A stretch of 49,462 nucleotides of DNA from Alphaproteobacteria bacterium (GTDB lineage Bacteria; Pseudomonadota; Alphaproteobacteria; RF32; CAG-239): contig JBGVOY010000139.1 of NCBI GenBank assembly GCA_045126755.1, positions 1-49,462 on the forward strand, written 5' to 3'. The notes beneath the pieces were generated by a model. That model saw nothing but the letters and a program-made list of their open reading frames with translations. It ran no database searches and had not been told where the DNA came from. Positions within the stretch are counted from its first letter, which is position 1. Each line of letters begins with the position of its first letter. A program made the translations under genes and the position numbers. Of this stretch, positions 35,640-45,490 are shown piece by piece.

Positions 35640-37354
35640 TGCACTCTTACCACGCTACAGAATACCCCATTACGTCCCAAATGACCGCAAATTTCATCGC
35701 CGACATCTATTGATTGAACAGGACCTATTCTTAAATGGAACAACTCTTTGCCTTGTCCGTCGGCAGGTGCATCAACGGAATAAAACGGTTTATACTCACC
35801 TAAGATAGAATTATATCTGGTAGATAATTCATACCATAAATCTTCTAAGTTACTGACATTGGCATCTGTTCCCAATTCAACGGAAATACTTGCAGAATCT
35901 TCATTTTCGAAACCTTTACCGAAACGATATCCGTTTAAAGCTCCGTTATTTGCAAATCCTTGCATTAAAGCACTTTGTTTTGTATTGCCGCCCATTCCGG
36001 ATACAAAAGAGCCTGAAGCGTTACTATTATTTCCGCCCTTTGCATATTCCGGAATCAGCAATTCGCCGTTAGGTCCTAATTTTACCGTATATTCACCGAC
36101 TAAACTTTCCGAACCGCCACGAGATGATGCTAAATAACCATTTTGTGCATTATTCTGTGCGTTGGAAACATTTTCTGCTCCGGTGCCTAATGTTATTGAG
36201 CTGGAAATAGGGGCTACATTTACCGGAGCCGGTTCTTCTTTTTTGTTAATATCTATAAACTCAAAACCTTGAACAGAACTTTCTCCGCTTGGAGTTTTTC
36301 CGCCCGGAAATGCGAAAGGCACATCCCAGTCATTTGTTTCTGCCATAGGAGCAAACTCTGTTCCTTGGTCATCGGAACGGCGCAATTTCAAACAAACAAT
36401 TCTTTTACCGTTACGAAGAACCATATCACCGACACCTTCTACGATAATCAAACGATTATCCGGACCTGCCGTGCGGAAACCGACCGGAGTTTCAGCTCTT
36501 TCAACAATCAAAGTAACTATAGGTCTTTGCACCATACTTAAAGCTCTGTCACCGAAATCGATGTATGTAAAGATGTCATCACGCCACACTCTCTCCGGCG
36601 CTATAACAACATCATCGGGGTTTGGAACATATACTTCAACATCAAAACGCAACTTTGTCGGATCAAGAGGAATGCTCTTAATCCAATCTTCTTTTTGATT
36701 TCTTTTTGTGAAAGTAGCGTCTACATTGTTTTTACTGCTTTTAACGGCTCCTCCGGATGTTCCCGTTCTGGAAGAACCGCCGGCCACTCCCGACATAGAG
36801 CCGTCTCCATTAACATCATCGACAACTTCGATATCTATCACTGAGTTTGTTAAACGCTCCGTATTAAAACTTTCACTCTTGGTGTAAAAAACATACTTAT
36901 TACCGGAACGACCGAAAACTATTATGTTTGTATCAAGACCGACTTTACCGCCCTGAGGATATAACAAAAGTGTATTCGGCCCCGAAATTTCAGCAGTAAA
37001 GTTTTTACTGTCACCGATATAAACATCTTCTAAAAGTTCCCATTCAGGAAAGTTTATCAAAGTAAGCATTCCTTCTCTTAAACGAACAGGCAACACCAAA
37101 TCAGGCGACCAATAATATTTTGAATAAGCAGGCTTAGTCTGTCCTTCACCCAAATTTTGCAAAGGATCTAACCACGCACTTTGAGTCATACCTATTGACC
37201 CAAATCCTAAATAATCTAAATTTTGAGGCGCATATACACCCTGCTGATTATTAGCCACACTGTCAAGGCTATCAATAGTAGCCTGAGCATTCGCACCGGT
37301 GGCGGTTAAAACCAACGCCATAACAGAGAATATTTTAGTCGCTATATTTTTCAT
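35636..37354 (-). CDS. virB9: VirB9 (572 aa) with Gly/Ser/Asn-rich linkers and a SPOR-like C-terminal domain
   Basis: Signal peptide MKNIATKIFSVMALVLTATGANA. VirB9 NTD pattern (LVLPVRLREGMLTLINFPEWELLEDVYIGDSKNF...TNIIVFGRSGNKYVFY) and CTD pattern (PERVWRDDIFTYIDFGDRALSMVQRPIVTL...GFRTAGPDNRLIIVEGVGDMVLRNGKRIVCL). For the tail, see findings. Confidence 0.85.
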   Translation of the reverse strand: MKNIATKIFSVMALVLTATGANAQATIDSLDSVANNQQGVYAPQNLDYLGFGSIGMTQSAWLDPLQNLGEGQTKPAYSKYYWSPDLVLPVRLREGMLTLINFPEWELLEDVYIGDSKNFTAEISGPNTLLLYPQGGKVGLDTNIIVFGRSGNKYVFYTKSESFNTERLTNSVIDIEVVDDVNGDGSMSGVAGGSSRTGTSGGAVKSSKNNVDATFTKRNQKEDWIKSIPLDPTKLRFDVEVYVPNPDDVVIAPERVWRDDIFTYIDFGDRALSMVQRPIVTLIVERAETPVGFRTAGPDNRLIIVEGVGDMVLRNGKRIVCLKLRRSDDQGTEFAPMAETNDWDVPFAFPGGKTPSGESSVQGFEFIDINKKEEPAPVNVAPISSSITLGTGAENVSNAQNNAQNGYLASSRGGSESLVGEYTVKLGPNGELLIPEYAKGGNNSNASGSFVSGMGGNTKQSALMQGFANNGALNGYRFGKGFENEDSASISVELGTDANVSNLEDLWYELSTRYNSILGEYKPFYSVDAPADGQGKELFHLRIGPVQSIDVGDEICGHLGRNGVFCSVVRVQ

Positions 37355-37369
37355 TTTACATTACACCTT

Positions 37370-38119
37370 TTATTCTGGTTTATTACGAGAAACATTATAT
37401 CTGCCAACGGTAAAACCTATCGGATTATTAAGTCTTTCGCCATATTTAACATTTTTCTTGCGGTAACCTACTCGTAATGACACCGTCCAATATTCCACTT
37501 TAGGCGCAGGAGATGACGGATACATATCTCTTGTTTCGTATTCAACTTGCCATATACCATTACCGAGATCGTTAACTGTCATAATTCTGACAGAACGTAC
37601 CAAACCTTTCTTTTTAATAGTATCCAAAGCCTTTTTTGCCGTTTTTTCAATAAATGTCTGATACACTGCAGATGTTGACATCTCTTGTATCGGACCACCC
37701 GGAAGCCAACGAGATTCCATTTCTTTGACATTACTTGAAAAAGCACTACGCAGAAGCACATATTCACGAACAAACGTTTCCGTTATTTCTTTTCTGCTTT
37801 CCATATTTGAAAGAGGCTGAATATTGTATACCTGTTCTTGCTTATTTTCAAAAGTCAATATAAACGACTCAAGACGATATAAAGGTAAAAGCTGTCCTAT
37901 TGCCAACATAAGAACAATATTACAACATAAGCTCACGGCAACAACTACGGCAAACGCACGTGCTGTCCACAAATATCTGCGTTCACCCGCATTGACGATA
38001 ACATCATCATTATCTCTTCTGCCTGCAGGTGCATTTGCCCTTCTGATATTTTGACGGGGGGCACCTTGGCGACCTGCTATCAACCTTTGCTGTGTATTAT
38101 TGCCTAAGCGTTCAACCAT
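37370..38119 (-). CDS. virB8: VirB8 (copy 2, Arg-rich N-terminal tail)
   Basis: 249 aa. Bitopic: TM AFAVVVAVSLCCNIVLMLAIGQL. Periplasmic NTF2-like domain with ...FVREYVLLRSAF... and the signature NNPIGFTVGRY near the C-terminus. Confidence 0.85.
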   Translation of the reverse strand: MVERLGNNTQQRLIAGRQGAPRQNIRRANAPAGRRDNDDVIVNAGERRYLWTARAFAVVVAVSLCCNIVLMLAIGQLLPLYRLESFILTFENKQEQVYNIQPLSNMESRKEITETFVREYVLLRSAFSSNVKEMESRWLPGGPIQEMSTSAVYQTFIEKTAKKALDTIKKKGLVRSVRIMTVNDLGNGIWQVEYETRDMYPSSPAPKVEYWTVSLRVGYRKKNVKYGERLNNPIGFTVGRYNVSRNKPE

Positions 38120-38126
38120 ATTGCAC

Positions 38127-38315
38127 CTATATTGTTGCTACAAACCAATCAGGAAGTGTGTGCGGAAGTTCAACTTCAATACATGCACACGGCGATAATT
38201 TAAGTTCGTTTACATCTTTACCAATACCCACAGGTTCCGGTTCATAATATGTACCGAACATACCACACGCAGATAAAAGTATAAGTGCAATCAATAAAAT
38301 TATTTTTTTATACAT
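38127..38315 (-). CDS. virB7: VirB7-like small lipoprotein
   Basis: 62 aa. Lipobox LLSAC. Additional Cys (SPCAC). Located between the two virB8 genes and 7 nt upstream of virB8 copy 2. Assigned by size, lipobox and position only. Confidence 0.5.
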   Translation of the reverse strand: MYKKIILLIALILLSACGMFGTYYEPEPVGIGKDVNELKLSPCACIEVELPHTLPDWFVATI

Positions 38316-38464
38316 TGCAATGTTCCTTATAATAAATATGTCTAGACACTATCACATTAAACCCTTTATTTTAAAAAGTCTAACATGAACCTCACGAATC
38401 CCCAACTTATTAACAAATTAGAATTCGTTTTAGCATATCATAAACTAAAAAGATTTAAAATAAA

Positions 38465-39223
38465 TTAAAGAATTTCAACTTCTGTTTGAGAATATTTAGT
38501 AACCGTAAATCCCAACGGATTCATCAAACGTCTGGATAAAAAATACCTTTCAGGTATAAACGATGCTATCATAGACACAGTCCAATACCTTGTTACAAGC
38601 ACCATTTCGCCTGTTGTTTCATTACGATTCGAAGGTGATAAGTCATAAGTCTTAAAGTCAACTTTCCATAACGGAGATTTTTCTCCTCCGACCTTTCCGA
38701 CAGATATAATATCTACTTCACGTGAAATTTTATCTTTATACAGTTGTTGCAATTTTTGCTCACCGTCCTTAAAAAACTCATTAAAGACAGGTATCGAAGA
38801 TAAATATGAAACCATACCGCCGGCATACCATCTGGTTTGCATCTCTTTTGTATCGTATATAACCGTATTGCGCAAAATAACATATTGCCGTATAAAAAGC
38901 TCCATCATTTGTCTTGAAGACGGCATATCCGTTGATATGGCTTCATATCTTATCATTTCGTCTGAGTTATCTTGCTTGATTATCAAAAACGGCTCTACAT
39001 GAACTTCAGGCGCAAGCTTAAACAACACTAAAGAAGCACTGGTAAAAAACATCAAAGATAACATAGCCAAAAAAGCCATAAATCTTGATAACCAGCAATA
39101 GTAGTGTTCTCTGGCCGATGTTTTGCGAACATAGGTATCGGTTATATAATTTAACTCCACCCTTCTGTTTTGTTCATCGGTTATTGACAACGGTCTGTTA
39201 GTTGCGCCTAATTGATTATTCAT
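38465..39223 (-). CDS. virB8: VirB8 (copy 1)
   Basis: 252 aa. TM FMAFLAMLSLMFFTSASLVLF. Contains FIRQYVILRNTV and MNPLGFTVTKY. AAGGAG SD. Confidence 0.85.
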   Translation of the reverse strand: MNNQLGATNRPLSITDEQNRRVELNYITDTYVRKTSAREHYYCWLSRFMAFLAMLSLMFFTSASLVLFKLAPEVHVEPFLIIKQDNSDEMIRYEAISTDMPSSRQMMELFIRQYVILRNTVIYDTKEMQTRWYAGGMVSYLSSIPVFNEFFKDGEQKLQQLYKDKISREVDIISVGKVGGEKSPLWKVDFKTYDLSPSNRNETTGEMVLVTRYWTVSMIASFIPERYFLSRRLMNPLGFTVTKYSQTEVEIL

Positions 39224-39238
39224 ATTGAGTAAAGCTCC

Positions 39239-42200
39239 TTAATATACCGCACAATAAGGTTCTACAAACTCATTAAGATTTTTCTTATGAGATTCTTCAG
39301 CTTCTTTATCGTATTCAGATTGAGCCGCTCTATCTGTTTTTTCTCTTTTTATTCTTTCCTCTAATTCTTTATCAGGCTTCATATTATCGGTAAGTTTAAC
39401 AAGTTCATCGCTATCTTGTTTTAAGATTTTGCAAACATTGTCGAGAACCGCAATTTTTTCTTCAATCATGTCATTTTTAGGACTACTCTTGATGGAATTA
39501 ACGGTAGGACAAGCCTCATTAAAAAGTTTTGTTTTTCCATTATCGATAGCAACTAAAATCTCTTTATATGTTTTTTCATCAGATAAATCAAAATTTTCTG
39601 GCGGAACATAATCAAACTTAGCAAACTCGCCTTTCAATGTTTCTCGAGCTTCCTGAACCTTAACATCTAATTCATTCAAAGTTTTTTGATATTCCATTTC
39701 AAGCTCTACAAAACCTAAGAAGTTACCTATCTGATTTTTATTAAATACACTGTTATCTGCTCTATGTTTTTCATATACATCGTATTTATCTTCTTTATCC
39801 GTTGTTTCTTTAAGCTTGTCTAAATATTTCAATGTTTCAACATAAGAGCTATCAAATACCATACCGGTATCTCCGTTATTGGCGAACATCTTCAGCTCGC
39901 TGATTTTAGGAGCCGAAGAGCCCAAACTATCGGTTTTAACAATAAAATCATCACTTTCGTCTTTTAATTTAATTTTTATGCGATACGTTCCCAATAGTTG
40001 GTTGACGTCAATCTTTTCAATGTGATGACAAATCGCTGCGCCCTCCTCCTTCGGTGTAAGACTAATACCGCCTATCATATCAACCAAATATCCCGATACG
40101 CAAGGATACAAACCGCCTCTTGCTCTATAATCTGCAGCCGGAGGAATGTTTTCTTTGTCTTCTAACAATGAAGCCACGCTTACATGTCTGTCAACAAATC
40201 CTCTGTCTCCCAGTATGGTTTCCCATATTGCAGGCATTTCATAGCCATAATCCAAAAGACTTTCGTAAGGCATTGCACCGGTTTGTTTGTTTATAGCCAA
40301 TGTTTCATAGTCAATACCGTCGAAGTGAACAATTTCTCTGACCGGCGGTGTATAGCTTCTGTTTAACTTATTAGGCGCTGCAAAATCTTTTTCTTGCGGA
40401 GCCAAGCCTACAAAATAGTCTGTGCTGGCAGCATAACAACTGTTACTCGGACAAATTTTTTCAAACAATGCTTCTGCCACTGCTTTTTTTGCAGCAGTCT
40501 CAATAGTTGATATTGTGAGATAACCTGAAAGCATTCCTGCAGACAAATTAAGTTTAGGACTTTTAATATCATCCATAACAGAAGTATGTATTGACAATAT
40601 TTGATTGTGTTTATCCGGATTATATTTATCATCACCCAATGCCGTAATATCGGTATAGCCTCGGTTAATTGCAGAAATTGCATTCTGTTTAACTTGCAAA
40701 GCAGCAGAATCCGCTATTGATATTACCGTGCTGAAAATACGTCCTTTAGTAGTCGCAACAGATGATACATTATCAGATAATGTCTTTACCACTTTTCCTT
40801 CAATTTGTTCAAAAGAAGATTGCAACTGTTGTTCTTTTTGTTGTTGCAAGCTTGCTATAAGTGCAGCATATTTGTTTTTTGTATCTTCCAGTTCCTTTTT
40901 TGCTTGTTCCAGCTGAGCTTCCCATACATCAATACCGTTTCGAGCAGAATCTATTTCAGCTTTCAACCCTTTAAGTTCTGAAGCTGCAGTCTTTGCTTTA
41001 TCTTCAGCTTCTTTTTTATTTTTTCTTGCCGAATCTGCAAAACCATCCATTTGTTCTCCATCTTTCGTTTCTACCCACTTTTGGCGGTCAGTCGAAATAC
41101 CTAGCATTGTATCTTCAGCATCTATTGAACCTTTGTGTTGAATATATTCTTCAACTTTGTCGTTATATGCTTTTTTTGCATTGTTTAAATTAACATTAAA
41201 CTTATCAAGTTGCTCGTATGCTGTTTTTATTTTATTTTGAGCAGCCTGCTCGGCGGCTAAAAAGTTAGCTCTTTGAGTATTTATATTGCTCTCAAGTTGA
41301 GCTTGTAAAGCATAAATCGGATCAGTTTCTTCAGATACTGATATAGCGTTTTTGAGGTTATTGATACCGGAAGTAATATAACTTTTAAGTTCATTTACTT
41401 CTACACCGTGAACATATTTATTTGTATCCTGAACACACTCATCTTCTTCGTCGTCTTCATCGCATTCGGGCGGAGGAGGCTGAATACCGAAAATAGAAGA
41501 ATTGATTTTTTCCGCTATTGCTATTGATATCTCACGCAAATCCATATTATTTACGAATACCCCCATATTTTTATATTTCAAATCTAAATATTGATCATAA
41601 AAATATTTTTCATCTTCCCATAAATCATATTTGCGTTTGAAACTGCCATACTCATCAGATGAGCCCCTACTCATGCCCTCACCTACTTTTTTAGCAACCT
41701 CAGAGCCGATTTGCCAACCTAAAACATCTCTTTCTCGGTCAAGTTGCTCAAATTCAAGCTCTTTTGAAGGTTTAACCATTGACCTGTCGTTTGCCGTATT
41801 ATTATCCACAATATCTGCTTCTTGTTTTTCCATTTCTTCCATATCTTTTTGTGAAGAGGATACTTCAACGTCATCTGTTAAATCTGCAGCATTTTTTACA
41901 TCAATAGAATTATTTAATTGGATTACAAAATCATCTGCCGCAAACGTACGACCGCTGTTTTCCGAATCTGCCGTGGCATCGCCGCTTTCTGAATCATCTG
42001 CAACCTCTAGTGCCAAAAGTGCCTTTGCTTCTTTATATGAACCGATTGCATACCCCGACAAACCGGAGCGATTTTCATAGCTGTTAAGACCTGCTTTAGT
42101 GCAAATTTTTGTTTTATCGTCCTCACACAACATATACCCTGAAACAATATGGTCTAAATTTTCATCGGTTACCGCCATATTTCTGTCGCAATATACTGAA

Positions 42201-43540
42201 TATTCATTTTCGTTTATTATATACTTGCAACCCTTACCTATCCAAGCAACTTCAGGGTTATTATAATAACGTCCCAAATGCGACATAACACATTTTTCGG
42301 ACGCATATAATTGGGCAATAGACTTTTGGTGCAATTCTTTCATACGGTGATATTCAACAAAAGTTCCCTTAAAATTATCTAACTGCTGTTTCAGGTTATG
42401 AGCCTCTAACGCTTTATTAAGCTTTAGTGTAAGATCTGATACCAACAAACCTTCATCAAAGTTATCTTCTGCACCCTCAAAAGGCGATTTGGCAACTCTG
42501 GGTTTGGTTTCTATTAACTCCCAGTTCTTATTTTTACTGTCTATTTTATCCTTTAATTTACCTTTTATATTTTGTTTGAAAAATTCTCCTATTTGAGCAT
42601 ACGATGAAGTCCGGCTCAATTCAAAATATGAGTTAGATGAAGTTTTATCTCCGGCATCTTCTGTCTCTTCTTCTGTTTCTTCTTCAGGTAAAATTCCTCC
42701 GCGAATAGCTTGAGCTGCTTCATATTGAGCTTCTAAAGCACTTAATTCTTCAGTTATTCGCAAAATAGAATCATAAGTAGATGAAACGGCGTAGTAGTTA
42801 GTCCAACTTCCTAATTCGTCATTAGCTTCGGCAGCTTCACCGCCTATTTCCGCTTCTCCTGATGTTTCGCCTAAAACATACTTTTTACTCATACTGCTTA
42901 TATCTTCTTCAATAGCGTCCATTCTGTTTTCTAAATCTCGAGTGGCGATATAAAGTTCTATCATGGCATCGTTGCTGAATTCGACAGCTTTATCTCTATA
43001 TTTTTTCTTTACGCCCTCTTTATCGTTAGGATATTTCTCAATAATTTCCTGCGGATATTTTCCGAATAAAACTTCAAAACCTTCAACTATTGAATCTTCT
43101 GAAGATATATCCACAATTTTTGACTCTTCAATTTTTCGGGAGCTGGCAACAGCTGAAGCGCCTTTTTCTTTTTTATGCAAAGCACCGACAAATTTATTGA
43201 TACCTGATTTGACTTTTTCAATGGCTCCTTCAACTTTATCTTTTACATTATCAACAACATCGGTAATTTTCTCTTTTACATTTTCTTTGAAATTATCAAC
43301 CCGTTCTTTCAGATTCATAATCTTTGCTCTAGCGTTATTTACTACATTTTGAGCTTTTTCCATGGGGGCAGATATAGCAGAATCTCCTATCCCTTTAGTT
43401 GCACCTGCTGCGTCACCTGCAACATCAAGTGTCGGAGTTATCGGTGTAGGAGGAAACATAAAAGCTTTTGTATTGCTTGCAATAACAAAACTTATCAAAG
43501 CTGCTATAAAACAAATTTTAAGTATAGAACACTTTTTCAT
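39239..43540 (-). CDS. Giant secreted coiled-coil protein (1433 aa), T4SS-associated, unknown family
   Basis: I prefer the ATG at 43540 (GAGGTG SD), giving signal peptide MKKCSILKICFIAALISFVIASNTKA. No further TM segments. Long heptad-like Lys/Glu-rich stretches, an acidic patch (PPPPECDEDDEEDEC) and several Cys clusters. Confidence 0.7.
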   Translation of the reverse strand: MKKCSILKICFIAALISFVIASNTKAFMFPPTPITPTLDVAGDAAGATKGIGDSAISAPMEKAQNVVNNARAKIMNLKERVDNFKENVKEKITDVVDNVKDKVEGAIEKVKSGINKFVGALHKKEKGASAVASSRKIEESKIVDISSEDSIVEGFEVLFGKYPQEIIEKYPNDKEGVKKKYRDKAVEFSNDAMIELYIATRDLENRMDAIEEDISSMSKKYVLGETSGEAEIGGEAAEANDELGSWTNYYAVSSTYDSILRITEELSALEAQYEAAQAIRGGILPEEETEEETEDAGDKTSSNSYFELSRTSSYAQIGEFFKQNIKGKLKDKIDSKNKNWELIETKPRVAKSPFEGAEDNFDEGLLVSDLTLKLNKALEAHNLKQQLDNFKGTFVEYHRMKELHQKSIAQLYASEKCVMSHLGRYYNNPEVAWIGKGCKYIINENEYSVYCDRNMAVTDENLDHIVSGYMLCEDDKTKICTKAGLNSYENRSGLSGYAIGSYKEAKALLALEVADDSESGDATADSENSGRTFAADDFVIQLNNSIDVKNAADLTDDVEVSSSQKDMEEMEKQEADIVDNNTANDRSMVKPSKELEFEQLDRERDVLGWQIGSEVAKKVGEGMSRGSSDEYGSFKRKYDLWEDEKYFYDQYLDLKYKNMGVFVNNMDLREISIAIAEKINSSIFGIQPPPPECDEDDEEDECVQDTNKYVHGVEVNELKSYITSGINNLKNAISVSEETDPIYALQAQLESNINTQRANFLAAEQAAQNKIKTAYEQLDKFNVNLNNAKKAYNDKVEEYIQHKGSIDAEDTMLGISTDRQKWVETKDGEQMDGFADSARKNKKEAEDKAKTAASELKGLKAEIDSARNGIDVWEAQLEQAKKELEDTKNKYAALIASLQQQKEQQLQSSFEQIEGKVVKTLSDNVSSVATTKGRIFSTVISIADSAALQVKQNAISAINRGYTDITALGDDKYNPDKHNQILSIHTSVMDDIKSPKLNLSAGMLSGYLTISTIETAAKKAVAEALFEKICPSNSCYAASTDYFVGLAPQEKDFAAPNKLNRSYTPPVREIVHFDGIDYETLAINKQTGAMPYESLLDYGYEMPAIWETILGDRGFVDRHVSVASLLEDKENIPPAADYRARGGLYPCVSGYLVDMIGGISLTPKEEGAAICHHIEKIDVNQLLGTYRIKIKLKDESDDFIVKTDSLGSSAPKISELKMFANNGDTGMVFDSSYVETLKYLDKLKETTDKEDKYDVYEKHRADNSVFNKNQIGNFLGFVELEMEYQKTLNELDVKVQEARETLKGEFAKFDYVPPENFDLSDEKTYKEILVAIDNGKTKLFNEACPTVNSIKSSPKNDMIEEKIAVLDNVCKILKQDSDELVKLTDNMKPDKELEERIKREKTDRAAQSEYDKEAEESHKKNLNEFVEPYCAVY

Positions 43541-43551
43541 AATACACCTCA

Positions 43552-44766
43552 CTATTTTGCTCTGACACCGTCAAGAAAACTTTTCTTCTTTTCATCCGAA
43601 TTCATGTCTTCTTCCGTAAATACATAATTATCCAAATTTAATGACGCAGGGTCCTTATCGTAGTTTTTCAGGCGATAATCCTGATTTAACATATTTAATG
43701 CAGTTCTTAATTTCATATCAATAATCAAAAGTTTGTTATATTCGTGCAAAACCTCTGTTTCTTGTATGGTTTGTTGTGTTTGCATCCCCAGTGCCGCTAC
43801 TTGTTGGTCTGCAGCTTCCATATTGTCTTGTATACGATGCAACTCTTCATCCATTTTATCAAACTTATTCCTGAATTTAACACCGGCTACAAATGCCTCA
43901 GCCATAGAATTTATCAGCTCTTGGGACCTGTGTTTTCTTTTTTTATCGACATTTTCCGAAATTTCAGCTTCTTCAGGCATTAAAAAGTTTGCCTGAATAA
44001 CTGCATTATACTCTTGAGTTTTGGTTTCATCATCTTTTTTGAGCATACCTTGTATTGATGAAGCCGAAAATAGTTTAGTAGCAAGCGTTCCGGCAGCCAA
44101 TAAAGCATAACTTTTGAGCTTTTGTTTAACCTGTTCTTTTTGCTCGGCCAGTTTTTGATACTTTTCATCGTTATTTAAAATCTGACTGTCTTGGCTTTGC
44201 AAATCGGCTATTGACTCCTCATATTCTTGAACAACCCCTTGTGTCTGATTTATTTCTGCTTGTATCGTCGCTTTGGTTTGTTCATCTTCTGCATCGTTTA
44301 GCATCTGATTTAAAATTTTCAGATTTTCTTCTGCAGTTAATTTTTTTCCGGCATATTCTGTCGCTAAAGCTTCTTTTCTGGCTTCTATTTCAAATTCTAA
44401 ATTTTCGTCTTCACGCTCTAGCTGTTTTTCTGTTCCTGCCAGTTTTTCTTGAGCTTCGGCTTCTTCATCTTCGTATGTTTTATCATCTTCCCCTTCATAT
44501 CCGGGCTTTGTTGCTTCTAATTTAGCACGCACATCATCTACAAGCAATTTAGTTTTTTCCAAATAAGCTTTAACCTGTGTTCCTCTTTGTATAATCTCTT
44601 TTGTTGCAGCGGCCGTATCCGTTACGACACCGGCGGCATCGCCAACCGTTGTGCCAAAAACAGTAAACCTTTCAACAATAGCCAATCCGTCTATTTTAAG
44701 ACCGGAATTTGCGCCGAACGGAAAAAATGCCAACAAAAAAACAAACAAACCGATAAATTTTCTCAT
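43552..44766 (-). CDS. Secreted coiled-coil protein (404 aa), T4SS-associated
   Basis: Signal peptide MRKFIGLFVFLLAFFPFGANS. The rest is helical and rich in Glu, Lys and Gln. Its start overlaps the upstream stop (TAATG). Confidence 0.65.
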   Translation of the reverse strand: MRKFIGLFVFLLAFFPFGANSGLKIDGLAIVERFTVFGTTVGDAAGVVTDTAAATKEIIQRGTQVKAYLEKTKLLVDDVRAKLEATKPGYEGEDDKTYEDEEAEAQEKLAGTEKQLEREDENLEFEIEARKEALATEYAGKKLTAEENLKILNQMLNDAEDEQTKATIQAEINQTQGVVQEYEESIADLQSQDSQILNNDEKYQKLAEQKEQVKQKLKSYALLAAGTLATKLFSASSIQGMLKKDDETKTQEYNAVIQANFLMPEEAEISENVDKKRKHRSQELINSMAEAFVAGVKFRNKFDKMDEELHRIQDNMEAADQQVAALGMQTQQTIQETEVLHEYNKLLIIDMKLRTALNMLNQDYRLKNYDKDPASLNLDNYVFTEEDMNSDEKKKSFLDGVRAK

Positions 44767-45479
44767 TATTCATCTCCTTCGCCATCTTTATTGACATAGT
44801 TCTGAATCTCAACCATATATTTTTGTGATAAAATGTAGGCCTGAGTTTCTAAAATAGTGTTCAAACGCTTAGCTGAAGCAAGGTTTAAATCTTTTGCCGC
44901 TTCCTGAACTCTTTCAACCGTGCTTAAATCAGGTTCTTCGGTTTCTTCTTCTAAAAGCTCTTTCCTTTTAAGAAGCGAGCGAGCAAACAATACTCCCGAA
45001 TTTTTAAGTTTTGCCTTATTTATTTGCTTATTCATTTCTTTTTGAGTTGCAATATTGTCAAGTCCTCCGGCTTGTCTGTTATGGCTTTCTTTGACCTTAT
45101 TCATTCGTTCGACTTCAATTTCGGGGTTATTAGGATTATCAGCCTCTGTATTTTGTAAAAATGACATTGTAAATGTTTTTAATACACCGGCAGGATCATT
45201 TTGTATATCTTCTATTTTTTCTTTTAGTGATTTTGCGCCGGATTCAATTTTTTCAACTCCATCCTTTGCTTTACCGTATATATCACGTCCGGTAAGAGCC
45301 AAACTTTTCACCTTTTCGGCTGCTGCCGCTATATCTTGTATCTGTTTTCCCCATTGTCCGGGTAACGATACTGCATACTGAACAACTGTGTTAATAGGTT
45401 CAATATCTGCCTTGGCCGGATATGAAAACAACATCAGGCTAAGAAACAGAACCGTATATTTTGTTATATTTCGTTCCAT
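44766..45479 (-). CDS. Secreted helical protein (237 aa), VirB5-sized
   Basis: Signal peptide ...LFSYPAKA, then a helical, coiled-coil-like sequence. Size and position (after virB4) fit VirB5/TrbJ-type minor pilus proteins. I see no decisive motif. Confidence 0.6.
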   Translation of the reverse strand: MERNITKYTVLFLSLMLFSYPAKADIEPINTVVQYAVSLPGQWGKQIQDIAAAAEKVKSLALTGRDIYGKAKDGVEKIESGAKSLKEKIEDIQNDPAGVLKTFTMSFLQNTEADNPNNPEIEVERMNKVKESHNRQAGGLDNIATQKEMNKQINKAKLKNSGVLFARSLLKRKELLEEETEEPDLSTVERVQEAAKDLNLASAKRLNTILETQAYILSQKYMVEIQNYVNKDGEGDE

Positions 45480-45490
45480 AGCCGTATTCC

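Noticed and set aside
38339-38348. 10-bp perfect palindrome TGTCTAGACA just upstream of the virB7 ribosome-binding site, as a possible operator
   Set aside because: Dozens of 10-bp palindromes are expected by chance in 49 kb of AT-rich DNA. There is no second copy and no adjacent regulator gene.
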